A DNA stretch of 43,398 bases from Patescibacteria group bacterium. Its GTDB lineage: Bacteria > Patescibacteriota > Minisyncoccia > Moranbacterales > SCTJ01. Under the pieces are notes generated by a model. That model was not told where the DNA came from, did no database searches, and worked only from the letters and a program-made list of their open reading frames with translations. The DNA lies in the NCBI GenBank assembly GCA_004297805.1, contig SCTJ01000079.1, positions 1 through 43,398 of the forward strand, in the 5' to 3' direction. Each line of letters begins with the position of its first letter. The stretch's first letter is position 1. This document shows, one piece after another, positions 17,061 through 27,796 of the stretch. A program made the translations under genes and the position numbers.

Positions 17061-17091
17061 AGCCCCCTCCGGTATCCAACCGAAGGGGGCT
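17061..17091 (-). terminator. Terminator hairpin
   Basis: AGCCCCCT...AGGGGGCT inverted repeat after the 17116 stop. Confidence 0.6.
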
Positions 17092-17115
17092 CTTGAACTT
17101 GACCTGCAGCAGCCG

Positions 17116-18036
17116 CTAGTACGAGATCAGGTCGTAGTTATCGACCATGACCCCGCCATGTGGAACTATGAACCGGAAGTCGGCCCAGAAGATCTTGGTT
17201 CCTCCGTCGACCGTGGCGAGAAAGTACACCATCCCGCCCGAGTCGTGAAGTGGCACCGTGAGGGAAATCGAGTCGGCATTGAAGGCAGCCTGCACTCCCC
17301 CTGGCGGGTCTTCGTCGATCCACCCGCTCTCTGCCCCGTTCCAGACGACCGCGAAAACGTCGCTGAGCGGAACGGATGCCGGACGACCGTCCCCGGCCTC
17401 ATCCTCCTCCAGCACATTGACCAGCATTCCCCCCGAGACCGGTGGAAGGATGGTCATCTGGGCTTCGTCGCCAAATTCGTCATCCCCGATCACGAAGATC
17501 TCCAACATCGGATGATACGACGGGTCCACGGGCGGTGGCGGAAGCGGCGGCGGTGGTGGCGTCGGGGGAAGCAACGTCTTCCAGAAGGACAGCGTGTTCC
17601 CGTTGACGCTCCAGAGAATTCCGGGAGCGGCCGTGATCACAGCCTTCCGCAGATCCAGCTGGAGAATCTTCCTGGACACCCGAAAATTCAAGGTGCCGGC
17701 ATCCTCACTGGGCAGCGACCCGACCACATAGCGTAGATACCGACCGGATTGGTTGCGAAACCGTCTGACGCCAGCCGATTTCGGACATTCGCTGCTGTCC
17801 TGCTCACAGACCTCGTTCTTGAAGAAGACGCTGCCCTTGACCGGGATGGTCTTCTTCTGGTTCCGGAAGCTCTGCGGCTCCAGGAGGTCCCGCCCCTCCT
17901 TCACGACTGCCGGCAAGGTCAGCACCAGCTGACCCTCCTGCAAATTGATCCGGGGCGGCCTTTTCTTGGCCTCCGCGTTCTGCGCGAATGCGCAGACCCA
18001 CACCATCACTGCCAGCAACGACATGAGCTTCTTCAC
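17116..18036 (-). CDS. Secreted two-domain hypothetical protein (basic domain, poly-Pro linker, acidic domain)
   Basis: GGAGG RBS before GTG 18036; signal peptide ending NAEA; PPTPPPPPLPPPP linker. Confidence 0.75.
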   Translation of the reverse strand: MKKLMSLLAVMVWVCAFAQNAEAKKRPPRINLQEGQLVLTLPAVVKEGRDLLEPQSFRNQKKTIPVKGSVFFKNEVCEQDSSECPKSAGVRRFRNQSGRYLRYVVGSLPSEDAGTLNFRVSRKILQLDLRKAVITAAPGILWSVNGNTLSFWKTLLPPTPPPPPLPPPPVDPSYHPMLEIFVIGDDEFGDEAQMTILPPVSGGMLVNVLEEDEAGDGRPASVPLSDVFAVVWNGAESGWIDEDPPGGVQAAFNADSISLTVPLHDSGGMVYFLATVDGGTKIFWADFRFIVPHGGVMVDNYDLISY

Positions 18037-18226
18037 GGCCAGTCCTCCTTGTGTCCCGTGGCCCACACTGATGAGTCCTTGCCACCTTGGCTCGAACTCG
18101 CCTCTTTGCTGCTTATATAGGTTAATTGATTGGCCTTCGGCCAACCAATATAACATTGGAAAGAACTACTCGAACCGGATACTGTATTGCATATGAATAT
18201 TTTTGTAAAGACGAACAGAAATGAAG

Positions 18227-18261
18227 AGACCCCCGCTGCTCGCGTTGAGCATTGGGGGTCT
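18227..18261 (-). terminator. Terminator hairpin
   Basis: GAGACCCCC...GGGGGTCTC inverted repeat. Confidence 0.6.
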
Positions 18262-18293
18262 CATTCTCGTTATTTACTTCGATTCGACTCTCC

Positions 18294-19103
18294 TCAGTCG
18301 AAATCGAAATGGATCAGGTTGTCGGAGCCGATGAACGCGCCCTTGAAGTTCCAGTCGTCATTGTTGAATGGTACGACGTGGCCCTTCCTGGTGACCGCAC
18401 TCAGCGAGCCCCGATCCTCACCCGGCAGCCCACTGATGTGGCACTCGAAGTGTCCGAGCTCGCCGGCCTCGAGGTTGCAGGTCCGAGTTCGCGTCCGGCC
18501 GTTCCACCGGATGAACGCAATGTCATCCGACAGATAGGTCTCAGTGAGACCGAAGATGCCGTTGGACTTCCAACGGATTTTGATCTCGTGATCGCTTGAC
18601 TCGAACTCCACTTCCGGTCGCTGGTAGCTACCGTAAAGGACTAGACCCTCCCGGAAGAGACGCCGACGGGCCAGGCCCGAGAAGCGCAGTCGCCGGATGT
18701 TGAGCCACAGAGGAGGGGCTTGTCCATTACGGTTGACACGCCAGTTACCCTTGTCGTTGTCCAGGGTGTTCGGGATATTGATGACAACCCACAGCTGTCC
18801 CGAACGGTCCCGAACGACCCGACGGTCGGCCGAACGCGCGAGGGACAGAATCCCAAACCCTCCGCGCCGCGCCGAGTGGAACGAAAAGGTCTCCGCCTCG
18901 GAAAGCAGGAGCGGACGCCTCCGTCTGGCAAACACCTGTGGCAGGATGAACACCCGCCCGCAGGAACCTTTGACGGCCGCCAGGAACAGCTCGTGATGGG
19001 AATTGAGAAGCTTCACCCTCGACTCCACCTGCGCCTGGGCCTCCCCCGTCCAGCTCACACCGAACAAGGCGTACAACATGACCAACGCCAGTATCCTCTT
19101 CAC
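18294..19103 (-). CDS. Secreted Arg-rich hypothetical protein
   Basis: GGGAGG RBS before GTG 19103; signal peptide ending AQA; GC3-rich. Confidence 0.75.
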   Translation of the reverse strand: MKRILALVMLYALFGVSWTGEAQAQVESRVKLLNSHHELFLAAVKGSCGRVFILPQVFARRRRPLLLSEAETFSFHSARRGGFGILSLARSADRRVVRDRSGQLWVVINIPNTLDNDKGNWRVNRNGQAPPLWLNIRRLRFSGLARRRLFREGLVLYGSYQRPEVEFESSDHEIKIRWKSNGIFGLTETYLSDDIAFIRWNGRTRTRTCNLEAGELGHFECHISGLPGEDRGSLSAVTRKGHVVPFNNDDWNFKGAFIGSDNLIHFDFD

Positions 19104-19217
19104 GTTCGTACCCTCCCTCTTTCCTTGGTTGATATTTGGCCCAAAGGGCCGCCTCACTTATCTCAACATCGGCAGAAATAGCGCCGATTGGTACTTGATG
19201 CCAAAGAACGACCCACA

Positions 19218-19246
19218 AGTATAGTACAATCAAGTCGGTTTGTCAA
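19218..19246 (-). promoter_or_regulatory. Near-consensus sigma70 promoter
   Basis: TTGACA (19246-19241), 17 nt, TATACT (19223-19218). Confidence 0.75.
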
Positions 19247-19311
19247 TTGCGCTCAACAAAAAAAACGCCGCCTACAGCGCCGTTTTCCCCAAGTCAATGG
19301 ATGTATCTATT

Positions 19312-19611
19312 CTATTTTGCCTCGCGTATTTTATTCAGACTATCGACTCGCGTTGCCATTTCGTTCAACTCAACAATGGTCAGATTGAAATCGCGCTCCC
19401 AATTCAAACCGCCCTTGCTCACTCTCTCTTTCATGCGCGTCGCCATGCCCTTCGGATCTCCCAAAATTAGCGTTCCACCCACAGCTTGACACAACTTATC
19501 AATAGCATATTTAATATCAACCACCAAGTCCTCTTTCGATTTTTGCGCGTCTGGATTCGACTTGGGTTGCGGTCCAAACCCTGGCTTGGATTGGAAAAAA
19601 TCTTTCACCAT
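19312..19611 (-). CDS. Hypothetical protein
   Basis: 99-aa ORF directly downstream of the HtrA-like gene on the same strand. Confidence 0.55.
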   Translation of the reverse strand: MVKDFFQSKPGFGPQPKSNPDAQKSKEDLVVDIKYAIDKLCQAVGGTLILGDPKGMATRMKERVSKGGLNWERDFNLTIVELNEMATRVDSLNKIREAK

Positions 19612-19624
19612 ATATTGGTTCCTG

Positions 19625-20794
19625 TTAGAAACTCACGCGCACCGTCTGCTCCTTACCGTCGCGCAATATCGACAAGTCAACTGATTCCCCGACCGCATGT
19701 TGATGCACCACATTGGACAATGGATTATCCAAATTGATTTCTTGACCGTCCACCGTCAGGATGATGTCATTCACTTTGATTCCTGCCTTCTCAGCCGATG
19801 AGTTGGCCATGACTGCCAAGCCTTGTTTGCCAGATGGCGAAAAAACCAGGGCGCCCTTGTCACGCGACAGGGCGTGTGCCAAAGCATAAGGTTTGGTAAT
19901 TGAGACATAGGAGACACCTAGCGAAGCGCGATTTTTCAACTGATCGGCGATGGTCAGTTCAATGGTGCGTCGCACCACATTGGCCGGAATGGCAAAATAT
20001 TTGTCACGATTGTCCAACCTGACTGAACCGATAATCCCAACGACATCACCGTTATAATCGATAGCCGGACCACCCACAAAATCCGCATTGTTCCCGAAAT
20101 CAACTTCAAATATACTCTCTAGCTTGCCGGAAGAAGCCACTGCTTCGCTGGAAATATTGAAAGCCTTGCTGGTCGCGCTCAAAATCCCCGCTGCATAACG
20201 ATTTTGAAAATCTCCTGGCACAATGCCCACCGCAATCAATTTGCGCCCGGCCGAAAAATCGTCAGAATTGGCAAATGAGACAGCTGTCAAATTGGACGCT
20301 TCAATTTTCAGAAAAGCTAGATTGGAAAAATCATCCACCGCACGCAACGCCGCCGAATAGGTGGCGCCGGTATTGGTGATCACTGAATAGGTGGCACCTG
20401 ATTCGAGCAAAGCATTGCGATAGGTCACAATCAAACCATCATTGGTCACGATTACTCCGGGACTCAATCGGGCGGCATCAGTTTTGACCGAGCCACTCGG
20501 CACTGAAATGATGGTCACAGAGCTAGCTGAGGCTTGTGAAGCCACTTTAGCCACCGACGTATCTTCCTTAACTGTCACCTGCTCAGTCCGCGTGATGACC
20601 GTCACATTCTCTTTGAATTTTTTGAAAATACCGAGATTCTCCAGAGCCGGATAAGTGCTCAATTTCGGCATCAAATAATAATTGGCGAATAGCGCACCGC
20701 CGCTACCGAAAACAAAAACAAAAATTATTTTTCCCAATATGGCTGGGACCGAATTTCCTCGTCGCTTTTCAGTTTGAGCTATTTCGTCTGGCAT
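19625..20794 (-). CDS. HtrA/DegP-like trypsin + PDZ membrane protein (apparently catalytically dead)
   Basis: TM anchor; GVIVTNDGLIVT; GGPAIDYNGDVVGI; PDZ (AEKAGIKVNDIILTVDG). The triad positions read YRN, N and V. Confidence 0.85.
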   Translation of the reverse strand: MPDEIAQTEKRRGNSVPAILGKIIFVFVFGSGGALFANYYLMPKLSTYPALENLGIFKKFKENVTVITRTEQVTVKEDTSVAKVASQASASSVTIISVPSGSVKTDAARLSPGVIVTNDGLIVTYRNALLESGATYSVITNTGATYSAALRAVDDFSNLAFLKIEASNLTAVSFANSDDFSAGRKLIAVGIVPGDFQNRYAAGILSATSKAFNISSEAVASSGKLESIFEVDFGNNADFVGGPAIDYNGDVVGIIGSVRLDNRDKYFAIPANVVRRTIELTIADQLKNRASLGVSYVSITKPYALAHALSRDKGALVFSPSGKQGLAVMANSSAEKAGIKVNDIILTVDGQEINLDNPLSNVVHQHAVGESVDLSILRDGKEQTVRVSF

Positions 20795-20840
20795 ACAAAT
20801 ACGCTTTTATTATAACTAATATTGCCAATAGTGTAGCATA

Positions 20841-21578
20841 CTACACTATTGGAAGCCACTTGGCCGTGACCAGCAGCAACCCGATTAGGACGCCGAAAAA
20901 AATAAGGTTGGCCACAATCCGCTTCTGAGAGAGCGTATTGAGAAAATACATTTGTGTCAAGTCCCAAAAGATGAAGTAAAAAATGACTGTCACCACTCCC
21001 GTGGTCAAATAGCCAAATGGCCAAAAATTAGTCATCCAGGCTATTTCCGACATTGCCATACCCAAAATCAAGCTGTAATTCAAAGCTTTCCGCCTCTCCG
21101 CAGAAACAATTCCGAAGTATTCAAAACTCACCGCAAAAGTAAACCCCAAATAGGCCAGCATCAGCGCCCAGAGCGGAATCGAAAAATTGAGATAAAGACC
21201 ATAGGCCGCCGCATAGAAAAAAAATAAGGCTGCCATGACTGAAGCCGCCATGAGACCCCTCGCCGTTTGATCTTTGCGATAACCGCGCAAACGATAAACC
21301 GCCAAGAGTGAGATGTAAAAAACCAGTGAGCTCAGCGCAATGAATCCCTGTTTTTGTTGCGGCGAGTCAATCAAATACAACAGCATGACTGCCGCCACCG
21401 CGAAAGTAATTGGGATAATTGAAAAAACAGCGCTCTTGCCAATGCGCCGCACGCCAATCACTGTTGACCCAATGAGTAGCACGCTGAGCGCCACAATCCA
21501 ACCACTTTCCGCCACCACAAATTCCAAGACTGCAAAAAAGAGAACCGTGTGAAACAATACTTGAAAGTGGAAAAACAT
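20841..21578 (-). CDS. Multi-pass membrane protein (CPR-type conserved hypothetical)
   Basis: About 8 hydrophobic segments; EIAW...FWPFGY motif. Confidence 0.7.
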   Translation of the reverse strand: MFFHFQVLFHTVLFFAVLEFVVAESGWIVALSVLLIGSTVIGVRRIGKSAVFSIIPITFAVAAVMLLYLIDSPQQKQGFIALSSLVFYISLLAVYRLRGYRKDQTARGLMAASVMAALFFFYAAAYGLYLNFSIPLWALMLAYLGFTFAVSFEYFGIVSAERRKALNYSLILGMAMSEIAWMTNFWPFGYLTTGVVTVIFYFIFWDLTQMYFLNTLSQKRIVANLIFFGVLIGLLLVTAKWLPIV

Positions 21579-21646
21579 TTGATAGATTCTAACCCGAGCG
21601 GAGCGTCTTTAGTCAGAAAGCCCCCAGCCCCAGATTTTTCAGATTT

Positions 21647-24262
21647 CTATTTAAACACAACCTTGCCTTTTTCAAACCCAATGCGCACGCGTCCACCTTC
21701 CCGAACTTTGCCTTCAATAATAAGCAGTGCCAGCTCATCTAGAATATCATTTTGAATGACACGTCGCAATGGGCGCGCGCCATAAATCGGGTCATAGCCC
21801 TTATCCGTCAGATAATCCTTGAGCTTGGCATCAAAGGAGACGTTGATATCACGCTCCACCAAACGTTTCTTGACCAGGCCAAGCTGCAATTCCACCACCT
21901 GTTCCAGAACTGGACGACTAAGGGGATGAAAAATAATCACCTCATCAATTCGATTCAAAAACTCCGGCTTGAAGCGTTCACGCAGTGACTCCATGACTTT
22001 GGTACGCATATCTGCTTCGCTTGGAGCAGTCGCCAATAGTCGATCTTCCTTGAAACCCAAGCCTTGCATTTTATAGATGATGTCCGAACCCACGTTGGAG
22101 GTCATGATGATTACTACATTTTTGAAGTTCACCACGCGCCCCTTGGCATCAGTCAGTCGACCGTCATCCAAAATTTGCAGCAAAATATTGAACACCTGCG
22201 GATGGGCTTTTTCAATTTCATCAAAAAGAATCACGCTGTAGGGGCGACGTCGCACAATCTCCGTGAGCTGCCCCCCCTCATCATAACCCACATAACCCGG
22301 CGGCGAGCCAATCATTTTAGCAATGGAATGCGATTCCATGTATTCACTCATGTCCAGGCGCACCAGCGCTTTTTGATCATCAAACAAGAACTCGGCTAGC
22401 GATTTGGCTAACTCCGTCTTCCCCACGCCAGTTGGGCCCAAAAACATGAAGGAGCCAATGGGCCGTTGCTCTTCGGAAATGCCCGCCCGTGATCGCCGGA
22501 TAGCATTGGCCACAGATTTGATGGCTTCCGCCTGGCCAACCACATGCCGTGAAAGCTCTTCCTCAGCCTGAGCCAGCTTTTGCATCTCACCCTGCATCAT
22601 TTTGGACACCGGAATACCAGTCCAACGCGACACCACTCGGGCGATATCTTCCTCCGTCACTTCTTCCTTGAGAATGGACTTTTCAGTTTGCAGCTTCACC
22701 AACTTACGCTCTTCGCTTTTGACCTTCTTTTCCAAATCCGGAATTTTGCCATAACGAATTTCCGCCACCTTATCCAATTCCCCTTTACGTTCAGCAATCT
22801 CGGCTTCCGACCTGAGCTTTTCCATCTCTTCTTTGTGGGTCCGCATAACTGTGATCAGCTCTTTCTCTGATTTCCATTGTAAAGTCAGCTGCTGTGAACG
22901 TTCTTTCAACTCGGATAGCTCCTTGTTGAGTTGTTGGATTCTCTTTTTTGATTCGGCATTCGTTTCTTTCTGCAAGGCTTTCTTTTCAATTTCCAGCCGG
23001 CGGATACTCCGCCCTAATTGGTCAATCTCAATCGGCATCGATTCAATTTCCATCTTGAGTGAGGAAGCCGCTTCATCGATCAGGTCGACTGCCTTGTCTG
23101 GCAAAAAGCGATCAGAAATATAGCGTTGCGACAATTTGACGGCTGCCTGAATAGCATCGTCCGTAATCTTCACCCCGTGGTGCAGCTCATATTTTTCCTT
23201 GAGTCCCCGCAAAATCGCAACCGAGTCTTCAGTCGATGGCTCGCTCACCATGACCGGTTGAAAACGCCGCTCCAGGGCTGCATCCTTCTCGATATAGCGC
23301 TGATATTCCTTGATGGTGGTAGCGCCTACCGTCCGCATTTGGCCACGGGCCAAAGCCGGCTTGAGCATATTGGAAGCGTCGAGTGCCCCTTCGGTCGCCC
23401 CCGCCCCCACCAAAGTGTGCAATTCATCAATGAACATGATAAACTTGCCTGCCGAATGCTCGACTTCCTTGATGATTGCCTTGAGTCTTTCTTCAAACTC
23501 ACCGCGAAATTTGGCACCCGCCAACAATGATCCCAAATCCAAAGAGATAATTTCTTTATCTTTCAAATTTTCCGGCACGTCCCCCGACACAATGCGCTGC
23601 GCCAAACCTTCCACAATGGCAGTCTTGCCCGTACCGGCCTCCCCAATCAGCACCGGATTATTTTTGGTGCGTCGCGTCAACACTTGCATCACCCGCCGAA
23701 TCTCTTCATCGCGCCCAATTACTGGATCGAGTTTCTCAGCGCGCGCCAAAGCGGTCAGATTGATGGTGTATTTCTCAATGACTTGGAACTTACCCTCTGG
23801 ATCCGGACTATCCACTCGCTGGCTCCCCCGCACCTCCGAAAGCATTTTAAGCACGGCCTCATATTTCACCTGTAATTTTTCCAAGAGCGTCTTCATGCTG
23901 GAAGGCACGGTCAAAATCGCCAACAGCAAATGCTCAGTCGACACAAAGTCGTCTTGAATCTTGTCCATCTCGCGCTCCGCTTGATCCAACACTTGGGCCA
24001 GCGTCGGCGTCACATAAATTTGGCTGACTCCCCCGGCAGGGATTTTGGGACCCCGGCTAACTTCTTCCTTGATTTGTTGATGAAGCTGTTCTGGATCAAC
24101 ACCCAGCTTTCGCAGTACCACCGGTACGGTGGATTCTTCCTGCGTCACTAGTCCAGCCAACAAGTGACCAATATCAATCTGCTGTTGAGAAAGCGACAAC
24201 GCCAACTCTTGAGCCCGTCGCAGCGCATCCTGACTCTTGGTGGTAAATCGATTGATATCCAT
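21647..24262 (-). CDS. clpB: ATP-dependent chaperone ClpB
   Basis: Clp N domain; two AAA+ modules ([16 protein letters not shown]); long coiled-coil M domain; 871 aa. Confidence 0.97.
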   Translation of the reverse strand: MDINRFTTKSQDALRRAQELALSLSQQQIDIGHLLAGLVTQEESTVPVVLRKLGVDPEQLHQQIKEEVSRGPKIPAGGVSQIYVTPTLAQVLDQAEREMDKIQDDFVSTEHLLLAILTVPSSMKTLLEKLQVKYEAVLKMLSEVRGSQRVDSPDPEGKFQVIEKYTINLTALARAEKLDPVIGRDEEIRRVMQVLTRRTKNNPVLIGEAGTGKTAIVEGLAQRIVSGDVPENLKDKEIISLDLGSLLAGAKFRGEFEERLKAIIKEVEHSAGKFIMFIDELHTLVGAGATEGALDASNMLKPALARGQMRTVGATTIKEYQRYIEKDAALERRFQPVMVSEPSTEDSVAILRGLKEKYELHHGVKITDDAIQAAVKLSQRYISDRFLPDKAVDLIDEAASSLKMEIESMPIEIDQLGRSIRRLEIEKKALQKETNAESKKRIQQLNKELSELKERSQQLTLQWKSEKELITVMRTHKEEMEKLRSEAEIAERKGELDKVAEIRYGKIPDLEKKVKSEERKLVKLQTEKSILKEEVTEEDIARVVSRWTGIPVSKMMQGEMQKLAQAEEELSRHVVGQAEAIKSVANAIRRSRAGISEEQRPIGSFMFLGPTGVGKTELAKSLAEFLFDDQKALVRLDMSEYMESHSIAKMIGSPPGYVGYDEGGQLTEIVRRRPYSVILFDEIEKAHPQVFNILLQILDDGRLTDAKGRVVNFKNVVIIMTSNVGSDIIYKMQGLGFKEDRLLATAPSEADMRTKVMESLRERFKPEFLNRIDEVIIFHPLSRPVLEQVVELQLGLVKKRLVERDINVSFDAKLKDYLTDKGYDPIYGARPLRRVIQNDILDELALLIIEGKVREGGRVRIGFEKGKVVFK

Positions 24263-24447
24263 AAAACTTGGTTTCCTTAGTTATCTCTGGCCAGTATACC
24301 GCGGACTACTTCCGCGCGTCCAGCACCGCCCGAACGCTCTTTGTTTCACCCCAACTGCTGGCTACATGATTGGGAACTCGAAAAAGGCGTATCCTAACCA
24401 TGCATACCTTGATTTACAAACCTAACGGATAAGTATTCGAACGAAAA

Positions 24448-24630
24448 CTAAGCTTCCATCGAAATCGCCCCAACCGGACAGCTATTCACTGCTTCTTCGC
24501 AATTGCAATCTCCGCAATCCTCGGCGATGACCGTTGATTTTCCGTCTTTAAGCTGAAACACTTGCGGACAGAGTGACTCGCAAGTACCGCAACCGATACA
24601 CAAGTCGTGATCTACTTTTGGCTTGGCCAT
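24448..24630 (-). CDS. Ferredoxin (single cluster)
   Basis: CIGCGTC...CPVGAI. Confidence 0.9.
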   Translation of the reverse strand: MAKPKVDHDLCIGCGTCESLCPQVFQLKDGKSTVIAEDCGDCNCEEAVNSCPVGAISMEA

Positions 24631-24730
24631 ATTTTTTATTATGTTTAGTGTTTACTACTTATTACCCTTACTATTGAAAAATATTTCTAACTCACCGTTT
24701 ACTACGCCGCACCCGACCAATCGGACGCAC

Positions 24731-25813
24731 CTAAAACAAAATCGAGGGATCACCGGCCGCATTCTCACGGAGTGTCTTTTCAAATTGCACCATATCCAGA
24801 TCTATAAATTCCACAAACTGCTTGTCAGCCCCCCAACGGAAACCCTTGATGAATATATGCACCGGGATATTCCGCATCTGATCGCCAAGCCAGTCGGCAA
24901 ATTGTTGTTTTTTCACAAATATTTGGCGAATGCGCACCTGTTCGACATCATCTTCAACCTTGCGATCTTCCATCTCAATAACATGAAAACCCAGTGAACT
25001 CTCCAATGGAGCACTGCGCTCACCTTTTTTCAAAGCATAGATGGCTGGTGCAATTTCTGGAGGCAACTGCGATTTAGTAAACCAACCCAGCTCCCCGCCA
25101 GTAGCCACCGTGGCCCCCTCTGAATACTTTGCTACGACTGCCGTGAATTCCTGATCTTGCTGCAAAGCCGCCTCGGCTTCCTTAATTTTAGATTCAGCTG
25201 GCACACGCGTGGCATCTTCCCTTTGAAAAGTCTTGATCAATTCATCTTTATACATTGATGGTCGAACTACTTTTTCTTCAAAATCAGTCACCGTCCAACC
25301 ATACAAGCGCGACAGGTCGGTCGTCACCACCTCGCTGGAACCATTTTCTTCCATCTTGCGCGTCACGCTGTCATGCACCACCTCATCCGCAATCACAATT
25401 CCCCGCTGCCTGGCTAGCACTTCAATGGCCTTGTCTTCGACCATCTTGTTAATCACTTCTCGCGATTTCACTAGCAAGCGTTTCTCACCGTTAGGAGTGG
25501 AGAAGTCAACGCGCCCACCCATTGCTGAAAAGTCCTGATTTTCATAAAACTGTTTGACTGAAGCCACATTCGCATTGTAGTCGCCCAAAGATATCCAAAC
25601 CGACCCAACTTTGGCCGCGGGATATGGCACCACGCGTTCCACTGCCAAAACCAAGCGCCCTTTATTCCCAAAACCATAAGCCGCTATACCCACACCCAAC
25701 ACCACCATGAATAATAGCGCAATCGGAATTCCGATCACCGTGGAAAACTTCACGTGTTTGGGCTCGGATTCAACTTTATCTTTACTCTTTTTAGAACGCC
25801 AGGATGCAACCAT
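24731..25813 (-). CDS. PrsA/SurA-like parvulin peptidyl-prolyl isomerase
   Basis: TM anchor; SurA-like N-domain; KYSE....GGELGWF and S.LGFHVI parvulin motifs. Confidence 0.85.
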   Translation of the reverse strand: MVASWRSKKSKDKVESEPKHVKFSTVIGIPIALLFMVVLGVGIAAYGFGNKGRLVLAVERVVPYPAAKVGSVWISLGDYNANVASVKQFYENQDFSAMGGRVDFSTPNGEKRLLVKSREVINKMVEDKAIEVLARQRGIVIADEVVHDSVTRKMEENGSSEVVTTDLSRLYGWTVTDFEEKVVRPSMYKDELIKTFQREDATRVPAESKIKEAEAALQQDQEFTAVVAKYSEGATVATGGELGWFTKSQLPPEIAPAIYALKKGERSAPLESSLGFHVIEMEDRKVEDDVEQVRIRQIFVKKQQFADWLGDQMRNIPVHIFIKGFRWGADKQFVEFIDLDMVQFEKTLRENAAGDPSILF

Positions 25814-25825
25814 GATACGTAGTTA

Positions 25826-26209
25826 TTAGTATTTGAAAAAATAATCCCACCATTTCTGATAATTGGGCCGGGAATCAACTTGAACCCCCGCCACCGCACT
25901 TGTCGGCTGATTTTCCTCACGTAGCGAGGGACTCAGTTTGATGATCGCCACCTGTTCGCCCTCTCGTTGCAAATTCAATTTGTCTTTAGCGGTTTTCTCT
26001 TGATATTCCGGAGTTTCAAAATAGGCAATCTTGTCTCGCAGTTCCTCATTATTTTTGCGGACTCGCTCGGCTTCCTCGCGCATACCTTGCACTTCCGCCT
26101 GAATCTGATGCGTGCGCTTGGCTTCGCGGAGTGCTCGATAAGCCACATAACCTGAGAGAGGCAAACCGACGAACACAATCAGGATAGAAATGATGGTTTT
26201 GCGTCCCAT
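25826..26209 (-). CDS. Septum formation initiator (FtsB/DivIC family)
   Basis: TM + coiled coil + EKTAKDKLNLQREGE; C-terminal NYQKWWDYFF. Confidence 0.8.
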   Translation of the reverse strand: MGRKTIISILIVFVGLPLSGYVAYRALREAKRTHQIQAEVQGMREEAERVRKNNEELRDKIAYFETPEYQEKTAKDKLNLQREGEQVAIIKLSPSLREENQPTSAVAGVQVDSRPNYQKWWDYFFKY

Positions 26210-26414
26210 GAAGTTAGTATTGCGAGCGGATGAGCGGCGCCAAAGAAAAAGCCACCATCGAAATGACCCCAAGAACTGAGATGATCACCCAGATCACATA
26301 CATTCGCTTTTTGTGTTTGCGTGTACTCATCTCTGACAGTTTAGCAAATTTGTCCACTGAGTACAAGTATAAAAACAACAAGCCCTTGGCCACGGAATTA
26401 CCGTAACCAAGGGC

Positions 26415-26963
26415 TCAGCGAATGGCCGTAAACTGGTCGTGCACAAACTCGTACTGGGTGACGTAGCAGCGTTGGCCGTTGCCATGAAACTGGGCTGAGG
26501 CCGGCAGAGTGACCTTGATCGGGAGGAACGACTGAGTGAGCAGCACCTCCAGCCGCAATCCACCGCCGTCGAGCCTCACTCCCTCAAGTTTCACTCCTGG
26601 TAGGCGCCGCTTGGCCATCGTGATCAGCTGCGACCAGATGAATTCCTGATGCAGCGCGGGGCCACAGAGAGGCAACCGCACTAGCACCGACACCTCGCCG
26701 ATGTGGTCCTTGGGGAACTGCACATCGACCACGAACACCTCAAGTCGCAGCACCTGCTTGCACAGCTTTTCCGAAACCACCTCTGGCCAGTACATCAGGA
26801 TCTGATTGATCTTTTGCCAGGTGAGTCGACGCGTCACGCAGCCAATCCGATGCTCCACCTCCTGAGCAATGGCCACATAGAGCAGGTCGCTGGTTTTCAC
26901 CAATCCCCAACACCTCGGCAGCAGATCCAGAACCGCTCCTCGACGCCTGAGAATCATTGCCAC
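26415..26963 (-). CDS. Hypothetical protein (GC-rich class)
   Basis: AAAGGAGGTGA RBS before GTG; terminator-like AGCCCTTGG...CCAAGGGCT at 26381-26415. Confidence 0.65.
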   Translation of the reverse strand: MAMILRRRGAVLDLLPRCWGLVKTSDLLYVAIAQEVEHRIGCVTRRLTWQKINQILMYWPEVVSEKLCKQVLRLEVFVVDVQFPKDHIGEVSVLVRLPLCGPALHQEFIWSQLITMAKRRLPGVKLEGVRLDGGGLRLEVLLTQSFLPIKVTLPASAQFHGNGQRCYVTQYEFVHDQFTAIR

Positions 26964-27066
26964 GCTCGCCTCACCTCCTTTGGGTTCGTTTTTCCCAAGA
27001 CCATTCTCGGGTTATTCAAAATAACACATCTCCGGAGAGACGTGCAAGGACCGACTATGAGACTAT

Positions 27067-27777
27067 CTACATCCAGTCGCTGTCCGGTGCTGGCAGGCGA
27101 AAAATTAATTTTATTCCGGCGTGCCAGGCTCTGTCTATATTGTAAGAATAAATCCCCAGCCCCATCGCCTCACTACTGGTCACAATAAAACAACTTTGTT
27201 TGTTACCATCAGATAAAGGATTCATGGCGATATGCGTGAGTCCACTAGTTGGATGATCTAGACTCACACTTATGGCGGTATCGGCTGGACAAGTCTTTAG
27301 GCCGAGTTGCTCCGCCCTACGATAGACATCATACATGTCCACATCTGGATCGCTATCTGGATAGGCAAAAAATCCCAGGTCCTCCACGGAAAGACGGACC
27401 AGCCTGATCTTTCTCGGTCTTGGAGCAATGACAAACCCATTATCCTCAATCATTCGCCGAGCGTGTACCTCAATCTCAACTTGATTCTCCTCCAATTCTC
27501 TCAGGAGCAGCTCCTTGCCTTTCCCGCCGACTGTCACCTCAAATGACTCGGCCTTGCCTTCAAGTCCATGTTCTTTGGCCCAATGACGAAACTGAGACAC
27601 CGGATTTTCAATCGCCATGTCCAGCCACGCAATCTTGCTCTCTAGATCACTCTGCAATTTATTCACCGCCTCAAACTCTTTAGTCATCTCCACCCTCGAT
27701 ACCGCCGCGTCAAAATCCGCTTTCATCTTTTGGACAGCACTCAGTTCATCAGCGATTTCTTGGCAATTGGGTTGCAT
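27067..27777 (-). CDS. Paralog sharing the DGR-target N-terminal coiled coil, with a different C-terminal domain (236 aa)
   Basis: MQPNCQEIADELSAVQKMKADF start is near-identical to 28761 and similar to 9197; in the assembly it is fused in frame to the upstream gene. Confidence 0.7.
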   Translation of the reverse strand: MQPNCQEIADELSAVQKMKADFDAAVSRVEMTKEFEAVNKLQSDLESKIAWLDMAIENPVSQFRHWAKEHGLEGKAESFEVTVGGKGKELLLRELEENQVEIEVHARRMIEDNGFVIAPRPRKIRLVRLSVEDLGFFAYPDSDPDVDMYDVYRRAEQLGLKTCPADTAISVSLDHPTSGLTHIAMNPLSDGNKQSCFIVTSSEAMGLGIYSYNIDRAWHAGIKLIFRLPAPDSDWM

Positions 27778-27796
27778 AATATAACTGGCTATAAAA

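Noticed and set aside
24263-24447. CIRCE/CtsR heat-shock operator upstream of clpB
   Set aside because: No TTAGCACTC-N9-GAGTGCTAA or CtsR heptad repeat is visible.
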